NCBI GenBank assembly: GCA_051747585.1
Contig: JBNJGH010000033.1
Location: forward strand, 1 to 31,184
DNA: 31,184 bases
Source of the DNA: Candidatus Rifleibacteriota bacterium
GTDB lineage: Bacteria > Muiribacteriota > Ozemobacteria > Ozemobacterales > Ozemobacteraceae
Reading direction: 5' to 3'
Both the position numbers and the translations under genes were made by a program. The notes beneath the pieces are model-generated. The model made no database searches and was not told where the DNA came from. It was given only the letters and a program-made list of their open reading frames with translations. This document shows, in pieces, positions 19,560-26,540 of this stretch. Every line of letters starts with the position of its first letter. Positions within the stretch are counted from its first letter, which is position 1.

Positions 19560-20626
19560 ACTTAAGCATGAGATCTTTGACAATAGAATCGGTAGCCGCA
19601 AGGTAGTAACTTCTGAACTCCGGTAAATTTCAGACAGTTATCCGAAAATGAGCGCAGATAACCGGTGACGGTAAATCGGCTCTGAGGAGAACCAATAATC
19701 CAGGATAACGTGAAACCTCATCAGAAGTTAAGATCGTAAGGCAGAAAATTCATGGAGGGAGGTCTCTACTTAGTGGAGTCGCCAACCTGAATCACAGAAA
19801 AACTCTAAGAGGTTATGAAAACCTGAAAGAGGAAGGAGCAATCCAGGGTGATCAGGCCTGATACCTCGAAGAATATAAAGGTCAAGAAAGTTGCTATCGC
19901 AATCAAGGGGTGAAACCCGAGATTGTAAGAAGCGCTTTGAAGCGGGATCAAAGCTTCAGGGTCGACCAAAGTTCATGATGGGAACCAGCTGCTTGCAGCC
20001 AGGGGCCGAAATGAGCCGAGATCGGATACAATGTAAGTTGAACGGTCCGACAGCGGGAGCTGTCAGCAAGTTTCGGAAGAAATCCATGTAGAACATGGCA
20101 ACGACGAAGGAGCAGAGTGACTGGAAACAGTTGCGAATCGTTTCAAGGTTAAGCTTTGAAGACCATGACCCTGCGAGTGCCAGTGGGGTGGAACAAACCC
20201 ACAAGCTGATCGAGACGTAGTCTCTGCTGGGAGGTTGAGAAAACCTGGGAGCGGAGTGCGACAGGAGCGGAACTCCTGCTGGTCACGTCAGACAGTGAAG
20301 GCGCTGATAGGGAAAAAACCTGAGAAGGCGTTGGCTTATCCGGCCAATGAAGATCTAAGCAGAACCTTGAAGTCGGCAAAAGTCTAAAAGAGGATAGTAA
20401 ATCGCCTGTAACCCAAGTGGTTTGGTGACTGTAACGAGGGCCTTAAAAACGATGAACGTTAAAGGCTTGGCGTAACCAATAGGCGTCATAGTGCAGTCAT
20501 TATAAAACTCTAAAAGACCTGTAACGACAAGAAGGGGTAATCTTAGCTGGTAACGGTTAATGATTGACCTTAGATTCAAAGTCTTCAGGAAGGGTAACCG
20601 ATTCTAAAAGATCAAACAGCTTAAGT
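19560..20626 (+). ncRNA. Large (~1.07 kb) highly structured non-coding RNA, family unassigned
   Basis: Ends pair in three blocks: 19560-19567/20619-20626, 19572-19578/20607-20613, 19584-19593/20597-20606; many internal stems and GNRA loops; purine-rich plus strand; no credible ORF; flanked by promoter and terminator. Confidence 0.85.
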
Positions 20627-20627
20627 T

Positions 20628-20662
20628 AAGAACTCCCGGTCAAACGGGAGTTCTTTCTTTTT
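20628..20662 (+). terminator. Rho-independent terminator of the large ncRNA
   Basis: AAGAACTCCCG (20628-20638), loop GTCAAA, CGGGAGTTCTT (20645-20655), then TCTTTTT. Confidence 0.9.
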
Positions 20663-20918
20663 AGTAATATTATTGTTTCGAGCAAAATACCTGAGGAAGC
20701 ATTAGATCCTGCAGCTGATATAAATGAACAAGATCTTTTTTCTTTGGCACAGTCTGTCGAAAAGCAAATGAAACAGGCAGAACAGGACGTTCAAGTGTCG
20801 CAAAACGCCACGGATGGCGCATTCATTTTGCGACCGCCGACTTACCTTATCCTTTGTAAACTTTCGTCCTCTCAACCCATCCGCCCCCAGGGTCTCCCCA
20901 AATTGAAAAACCAACGAC

Positions 20919-20948
20919 TTGACACTATTTATAGTGTCGCTATATAAT
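20919..20948 (+). promoter_or_regulatory. hicAB promoter with overlapping palindromic operator
   Basis: TTGACA (20919-20924), TATAAT (20943-20948); palindrome GACACTAT-TT-ATAGTGTC at 20921-20938. Confidence 0.8.
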
Positions 20949-21041
20949 ATTTATAGATTAGATAAATTACTAACTATCGAGACGATATAACAAAGGAGAA
21001 GGCTATGGGACAAGCAAAACTAAAATTTAAGGATTTGCTGA

Positions 21042-21296
21042 ATGAATCAAAAGAAAGTTCTGAAGATTTACGATAAAATTATTACCGGTCCCTTAAAGCC
21101 AATGAAATGGCAAGATGTTGAAGGATTACTAATAGCTCTAGGAGCAAAAAAAAGAAAGGGTAGTGGTTCGAGCAGAATTTTTATTATAAATAAAAGAGCC
21201 TTAACTATACATAAGCCTCATCCGGAAAATGAAATAAAGAAATATGCTGTTAAATTAATCCGTGATTATCTACTCAAGCATGATTTGAAACCTTGA
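21042..21296 (+). CDS. hicA: HicA-family toxin
   Basis: WQDVEGLLIALG, GSGSSR, HKPHP, KKYAVK; upstream of hicB. Confidence 0.9.
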   Translation: MNQKKVLKIYDKIITGPLKPMKWQDVEGLLIALGAKKRKGSGSSRIFIINKRALTIHKPHPENEIKKYAVKLIRDYLLKHDLKP

Positions 21297-21337
21297 AAAG
21301 CAATTATTTGCTTTTAAATTTATAAAAAGTGGTGAAT

Positions 21338-21673
21338 ATGAAAACAATCGAATATAAAGGGTATATTGCCAAAATTGAATTTGACGAAGAAGATCAAATT
21401 CTTACAGGTGTTGTAATTGGTATGGATGATTTAATATGTTTTCATGCAGATAGCGCGCATGAAATAATACCTGTTTTTCATCAAATAGTAGATGACTATC
21501 TAAAAGCTTGCGAAGAAGAAGGAATAAAACCCCAGAAAAGCTTTTCTGGGCGGTTTATGTTAAGACTTCCACCTGAATTGCATGCTAAAGTGGCTGCATT
21601 AGCAAATTCAACTGAAAAAAGCATAAACGCCTGGATTACCGAGCAACTTGAAAAAGCAACTCAGTCTCAGTGA
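21338..21673 (+). CDS. hicB: HicB-family antitoxin with C-terminal ribbon-helix-helix
   Basis: EYKGYIAKIEFD, VDDYL, KSFSGRFMLRLPPELH, SINAWI; ATG at 21338 after GGTGA (GTG at 21329 is an alternative). Confidence 0.92.
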   Translation: MKTIEYKGYIAKIEFDEEDQILTGVVIGMDDLICFHADSAHEIIPVFHQIVDDYLKACEEEGIKPQKSFSGRFMLRLPPELHAKVAALANSTEKSINAWITEQLEKATQSQ

Positions 21674-22134
21674 ATTAATTAACATAGATTAACCAACATC
21701 CATTTTTATGTAAGTAAGTATTTTAGGCTTTATCCGAGGCTTTTTCGCATATTGCCAATTAAAAGTTAGTTGCTCTTAAACCAAATTACATGGCCCACAG
21801 CATTCTATATTATTATTGCCCCAGCTACAGCAATTGCCCCTGTGTGCATGCCTCTAAGAATTGGATGGCTCCTCACCTCCACCCACCGCCCGCAAGCTCC
21901 GGCACTCCCTCGCACCCCGAACCGAAAACGGCCGGGCCCTCACTCGGCTTCCGCATAACAAAGTTAATGCGGAAACTGAAAATGGTAATATGAATTCCAG
22001 GTTATCGCGGGGGGCAGTTTCCCAGTGAAGTCGGAAATTGAAATTCCCAGTTTGCGCGGAAATTTAATTCTGACAAAGAAAAAAAATTCCTTTAAGGTTT
22101 TGGACATAAAAGTCCTCACCTTAAAGGAACCACA

Positions 22135-23682
22135 ATGATAAAACTAATTATGTATCAACAAGTAAAAAAACTCAAGGAAATAGGTCATACTATTACCAGC
22201 ATAGCCACTCTTACAGGCCTTGACTTCAAGACGGTTAGGAAGTATCTGAAGATGAGCCATGAAGAGTATCAAAGCTACTTTGCCAGTTTTAAGCAAAAGG
22301 TTAAATGCTTTGATTCGTATCGGGACGAGATAGTAAAAATCTTCCAGGGTGCTAATTCTTCTAATGTGCAGGCATCTGCTATTTACGATCATCTAGAAGA
22401 AATTTATGGGGACTTGCCTGCTTCAGAAAGAAGTTTCCGTAATTACATGGCTCATCTTCGCAGCACGGGTGAATTACAACCTGAACCTGGCCGGATTTTT
22501 GAGCCGGTTGAGCCTTTGCCTCCGGGGAAGCAGATGCAGCTGGATTTCGGTGAATACCGTTTAAAAGACAACCGAAAATATTATATTTTTGCAGCCATAC
22601 TTTCTCACAGCCGCTGCCGCTATGTAAAGATATATGACCGGCCGCTCACGACTAAGATACTAATAGAAGGCCTTAATGATTGCTTTGCTTATTATGGCGG
22701 CATTCCAAAAGAAATCGTGATTGATCAGGACCATCTGATGGTTGTTCGTGAAAACAAAGGTGACATTATTCTAACCAATGATTTCAAAACCTTTCGCGAC
22801 GAAATGGACTTTGACCTTTATGTCTGCCGCAAGTCTGACCCTCAGAGCAAGGGTAAGGTTGAAAATTTAGTTAACTTCGTTAAGCGTTCTTTCTTTGCAA
22901 CCCGAAGCTTTGTGGATCTTGAAGATGCAAGAAATCGGCTATCTCGCTGGTTGGCCCGCAAAGCCAATGGAAAGAAATGTGCCCCAACAGGTCGCAAGCC
23001 CATAGAGCATCTTGAAGAAGAACGGAAATTTCTAAACCCGCTTAAAAATTCAATCTTTGCTATTGAAGACAAGACGTGCAGAGAGCTGCGCAAGCTCGAT
23101 AAGCTTGGTCAGATATCTGTGCGTGGCGTGAAGCTTCTATTACCTCTGGAATGCCGCGATAAAGAAGTTTCAGTCTTTATCAGTTCTGAAGAGGTTCATG
23201 TATTCGACATCAAAACAGATGAAAAAATAGCTGTCTACACTCTTAAAACCGGGATTTCCAAGACACACATAGTTCGACAGAAGAGTCTTAGAACGCAAAA
23301 AGTTTCTGAAATAAAAACTCAGCTTCAGGCCCGGTTCCGTTTCCAGGAATGGAACCAGTTCGTTGATGGCAATTACCAAAGTTTTAGACGCTACTTTACA
23401 GATCAATACAATGATTTCCAGAAGAAGTTTCCGCAGCCCTGCGAAGAGTTACTGGCAGAAGCAGTCAAATACTGCCTTATTAACAAAACCTTTTCAATGA
23501 GTCAGCTTTATGACACTTACAAATATCTTCAGCAAGGCAATTCATTCGCTTCTGAGCCTATGCCAACAGAATATAAGCTGGTCAATAACAAGCACTTTCA
23601 GCCTGTCAAAGTAGCAAAGGGCAAGATAGAGTCATATAAAAACCTTGTGCCTGTTAGTGCGACACCGGAGGTGACATTATGA
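22135..23682 (+). CDS. istA: IS21 DDE transposase IstA
   Basis: N-terminal HTH (KTVRKYL), PGKQMQLDFG, GGIPKEIVIDQ, PQSKGKVE. Confidence 0.95.
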   Translation: MIKLIMYQQVKKLKEIGHTITSIATLTGLDFKTVRKYLKMSHEEYQSYFASFKQKVKCFDSYRDEIVKIFQGANSSNVQASAIYDHLEEIYGDLPASERSFRNYMAHLRSTGELQPEPGRIFEPVEPLPPGKQMQLDFGEYRLKDNRKYYIFAAILSHSRCRYVKIYDRPLTTKILIEGLNDCFAYYGGIPKEIVIDQDHLMVVRENKGDIILTNDFKTFRDEMDFDLYVCRKSDPQSKGKVENLVNFVKRSFFATRSFVDLEDARNRLSRWLARKANGKKCAPTGRKPIEHLEEERKFLNPLKNSIFAIEDKTCRELRKLDKLGQISVRGVKLLLPLECRDKEVSVFISSEEVHVFDIKTDEKIAVYTLKTGISKTHIVRQKSLRTQKVSEIKTQLQARFRFQEWNQFVDGNYQSFRRYFTDQYNDFQKKFPQPCEELLAEAVKYCLINKTFSMSQLYDTYKYLQQGNSFASEPMPTEYKLVNNKHFQPVKVAKGKIESYKNLVPVSATPEVTL

Positions 23683-24416
23683 GTCAGCATACCGAAACTC
23701 TCAAACTTTTGAAAGAGCTGCAACTGAACGGTGTTCCGTTGTCATTAGATGAAATAACAGCAGACGCAGAACGAAGCTCTGCTTCATATTCTTCTTTTTT
23801 ATCTGAAGTCCTGAGAGCTGAGCTGGAAGCACGCTCTGCCAGAAAGCTAAAAAGAAGTCTTTCTGCAGCCCATTTCCCATCAATAAAGACTTTCACTGAC
23901 TATAAAATGGGAAATGTTACGGGGTTCACAAAGACCGACCTTGCCGCAATAAAAGACTTACGCTGGCTTGATAATCACGAGAACCTGCTGTTTTTCGGGC
24001 CTCCTGGCCTGGGAAAAACTCATCTTGCGATAGCTGCCGGAATGCTTGCCATTGAATCAGGCTACAACGTGTGTTTCGAAAGAATTTCAAATCTGCTCAA
24101 GCTGCTGAAAAACGCTGAAATTCAAAGAACTGCAGCCTTCAGAATCAATAGAATTCTGAAAGCTGACCTGATTATCATCGATGAAATCGGCTACACGCCC
24201 ATAGAAAGGAGAGAAGCAAACCTGTTTTTTAATCTGATCAGCGAGCTGTATGAAAAGGCTTCAGTCATAATAACTTCAAATAAAGGCTTCGACGACTGGG
24301 CCGAAATGATGGGCGATGAAGTCATGACCACAGCAATGCTCGACAGACTGTTACATCACGCCAGAATATTCAATCTGGACGGAAAATCATTCAGAATCTC
24401 TAGAAAGGAAAAATGA
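23679..24416 (+). CDS. istB: IS21 AAA+ helper ATPase IstB
   Basis: GPPGLGKTHLA, LIIIDEIGY, IITSNK, AMLDRLLHH; ATGA overlap with istA. Confidence 0.96.
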   Translation: MSQHTETLKLLKELQLNGVPLSLDEITADAERSSASYSSFLSEVLRAELEARSARKLKRSLSAAHFPSIKTFTDYKMGNVTGFTKTDLAAIKDLRWLDNHENLLFFGPPGLGKTHLAIAAGMLAIESGYNVCFERISNLLKLLKNAEIQRTAAFRINRILKADLIIIDEIGYTPIERREANLFFNLISELYEKASVIITSNKGFDDWAEMMGDEVMTTAMLDRLLHHARIFNLDGKSFRISRKEK

Positions 24417-24551
24417 TCATTGTGCTTTCTCTCTAAACTGGGAAAACAATCTTCCGCGTTTTCTTGGAAAAGTACTTGCCTTTGGCAGGAAACTTGCGGG
24501 CTAGTTGGTACCTATTCGATGTTTCTGCCCCAGCAGTGTTTGGCTAAAAAG

Positions 24552-24590
24552 TTGCTTTTTTGTTTGTTTTAAACTACAATTATAGTAGCT
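24552..24590 (+). promoter_or_regulatory. Promoter/operator of the second TA module; near-leaderless transcript
   Basis: TTGCTT (24552-24557), 17 nt, TACAAT (24575-24580); imperfect palindrome CTAC-N7-GTAG; ATG only 10 nt after the -10, no RBS. Confidence 0.6.
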
Positions 24591-24917
24591 ATGTATAAAA
24601 TTAAACACTACCTGCTGGAAAACGGTCTCGACCCATTTGAAAAATGGATAAACAGCCTTAAAGACAGAAAAGCCAGGGCAAAAATCAATGTGAAAATTGA
24701 CCGTCTTTCAATTGGTAATTCCGCCAGTTCAAAACCGCTTGGTGAAGGTGTTATTGAGTTGAAAATAGATTATGGCCCAGGCTACAGAGTTTACTACGGC
24801 CTGTCCGGCAAATATGTGATTTTGCTTCTATGCGGTGGTGATAAATCGACACAGCAGAAAGATATTGAAACAGCAAAAGAATATTGGACTAATTTTAAAA
24901 GGAGATCTTCATTATGA
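24591..24917 (+). CDS. RelE/HigB-type addiction-module killer protein
   Basis: PFEKWINSLKD, ELKIDYGPGYRVYY, LLLCGGDKSTQQKDI. Confidence 0.93.
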   Translation: MYKIKHYLLENGLDPFEKWINSLKDRKARAKINVKIDRLSIGNSASSKPLGEGVIELKIDYGPGYRVYYGLSGKYVILLLCGGDKSTQQKDIETAKEYWTNFKRRSSL

Positions 24918-25210
24918 CCAGTAAACTGACAAAAGACCATCAGAAAAGCTTACTTGAAACATTGAAAGTCCCTAAAGAAGCAGCGGCATACCTGAACGCA
25001 GCCCTGGAAGAAGGTGACAACGAATTGTTTCTTCTGGCTCTTAAAAACGTTGTTAAAGCTTCAGGTGTCACCACTGTTGCCAAAAAAGCGCATTTGAATC
25101 GCGAAAACCTCTACAAAATGCTTTCTGAAAAAGGTAATCCAGAGCTTGCCAGCCTTTGGGCAATATTAAGCTCAATTGGTCTTAAAATATCTATAGACAC
25201 CGCATCTTGA
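24914..25210 (+). CDS. Addiction-module antidote protein (HTH, HigA/HI1420-like)
   Basis: AAYLNAALEEGD, VAKKAHLNRENLYKMLSEKGNP; ATGA overlap with the toxin. Confidence 0.93.
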   Translation: MTSKLTKDHQKSLLETLKVPKEAAAYLNAALEEGDNELFLLALKNVVKASGVTTVAKKAHLNRENLYKMLSEKGNPELASLWAILSSIGLKISIDTAS

Positions 25211-25256
25211 GTTATTAACATGAAAGACCTATTTTATTCTATAGTAGGAGTGGAAA

Positions 25257-25680
25257 ATGACAGATAAGGCTTTTTGTGAGTTTCGAATAGAGTTAAGGGT
25301 TACTGGTGAAAATCTTGATCCTAATTCGTTTACAAAAGCCTTATCTGTTAACCCTTCTGAGAAATGGTTCAAAGATGCTAAAACGCCAAGTGGCTATGTA
25401 AGACAGTTTAATTGCTGGATTTTTGCAACTAAGCAAACTAAAGGCAGAAACATTGAACCCGGTTTAAAAGAAATATACAACCTATTTTATCCCAAAAAGG
25501 AAGCTTATCAAAAAATTAGTATCACAGCTAAACCTAGATATTTGTTTAGAATGCATTGCAGAATTCTCTCCTGATAATGAACCATCAATTTATTTTGATA
25601 AGAAATTCATTAATTTTCTTTCAGCTATCAATGCCTGGGTCGATATAGACCTTTATGGGATGGAGGTTGATGAAGGGTAA
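25257..25680 (+). pseudogene. Frameshifted DUF4279-like (putative immunity) protein
   Basis: N-half LRVTGENLDP..TKALSVNPS..W; after a frameshift near 25505 another frame reads IKKLVSQLNLDICLECIAE..PSIYFDKKFINFLSAINAWVDIDLY to TAA at 25680. Confidence 0.75.
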
Positions 25681-25738
25681 ACTGTGAAAATCGATAAAAA
25701 AGGAAAAACAGCCATAACAATGGGCAGTTTTTACCCTT

Positions 25739-25780
25739 AGAGCGGTGATTTTAAAACTAAAATCATCGCTCTGAGTTTTT
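25739..25780 (+). terminator. Hairpin, probable terminator
   Basis: AGAGCGGTGATTTTA (25739-25753) / TAAAATCATCGCTCT (25758-25772), one G.U pair, followed by GAGTTTTT. Confidence 0.55.
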
Positions 25781-25859
25781 AGAAGCTACTTAGTATCAGG
25801 AACATTTTTATTTTTCGGGTTGGGTTGTGCTTTTCTACTCTTATTCCGGGGCCACCTTA

Positions 25860-26035
25860 GAATACCACTAAGTTAAGAAGTGAAAATCTGCGAATCGTGC
25901 TCGTGATCCTAATCGTAATCGATTTAAATATTGATTTTTCGATTACGATTACCGCTTCGCTGATTACCAGCACCGCTTCGCTGAGCACGAATGAATCATC
26001 TGAGTTTTAAATATCTCGTTAACTTAGTGCCATTC
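25860..26035. mobile_element. 176-bp MITE with 11-bp target-site duplication (IS4-like ends)
   Basis: Perfect direct repeat GGGCCACCTTA at 25849-25859 and 26036-26046; TIRs GAATACCACTAAGTTAA (25860-25876) / TTAACTTAGTGCCATTC (26019-26035), 15/17 match; internal palindrome. Confidence 0.88.
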
Positions 26036-26093
26036 GGGCCACCTTACTTAATTATTTTCCCTTAAACAAATACAAACCCCACTCAAATAATAT

Positions 26094-26188
26094 GGATCGG
26101 GGGACTGGATCGGGGCAGGATCGGGGGGATCGGGGGACACTTTACTCATTACGGATCGGGGGACGGATCGGGGGACACTTTACTCATT
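26094..26188. repeat. Clustered GGATCGGGG repeats
   Basis: Six copies starting at 26094, 26107, 26118, 26127, 26153 and 26165; GGATCGGGGGACACTTTACTCATT repeated at 26127-26150 and 26165-26188. Confidence 0.9.
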
Positions 26189-26540
26189 TATTGGGCCGAA
26201 ATTTTTGTTGCTCTAAATTTTTCAGCCTGAACTTAATCTTCTGGCTTCATGCTTGAGAATAAGACTGTTTTCCGATAATCTCACCGAGAAGCAGCAAACA
26301 CCAGAAAATTGTCTCCAAAATTCAATAGCTCTCTTTTAATTAAATTGGTTTTGATCATTTGCAAGGCTTATCGGCACAAGCAAAAAAATTGTTGACTTAA
26401 CAACTTTGTTTTCACTAGCATAAAAAAAGAGGGAAATAAGCCCGGGGATCTGAGAGGCAATAAAACAAATCCGCCACTGAACCTTGTGTGCTTGAAGACT
26501 TTTAAACTTTAAAACAAACAAGGATTCTATAGAGGAAAGA

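Larger units (their letters stand above)
22000..24487 (+). mobile_element. IS21-family insertion sequence (left end approximate)
   Basis: istA-istB pair; subterminal repeats CGGAAATTGAAATTCCCAGTTT (from 22032) and inverted AAACTGGGAAAACAATCTTCCG; right end ...TTTGGCA at 24487; left end reads GG rather than TG; no clear target duplication. Confidence 0.85.

Noticed and set aside
19891..20579. Short ORFs 19891-20091(+), 19956-20204(-), 20149-20379(-), 20355-20579(-)
   Set aside because: They have non-ATG starts, overlap each other, show no recognisable domains and lie inside the structured RNA unit; they are best explained as chance ORFs
19560..20626. RNase P RNA, tmRNA, rRNA fragment or group I/II intron as the identity of the large RNA
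   Set aside because: No GAGGAAAGTCC P4 signature, no tRNA-like ends, no rRNA universal motifs and no GTGYG 5' end. GAGCCG near 20013 does not fold into a proper domain V, and the unit interrupts no gene. A formal Rfam scan is still needed.
20684..20947. Possible gene remnant (..EEALDPAADINEQDLFSLAQSVEKQMKQAEQDVQ..) and ORFs 20702-20914 and 20744-20947
   Set aside because: No supportable start, RBS or family assignment; it may be an antitoxin scrap but I cannot show this
21770..21993. Two short overlapping ORFs before the IS21 element
   Set aside because: No RBS or motifs; they run through C-rich low-complexity sequence
26094..26188. CRISPR array
   Set aside because: Repeats are about 9-24 nt with no unique regular spacers, and there are no cas genes in the window
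26441..26490. TPP-riboswitch-like words (GGGG..CTGAGA..TGAACCT) upstream of rhs
   Set aside because: The GATC..TAAT..AGCG(T)AGG half is missing and the context is not thiamine-related
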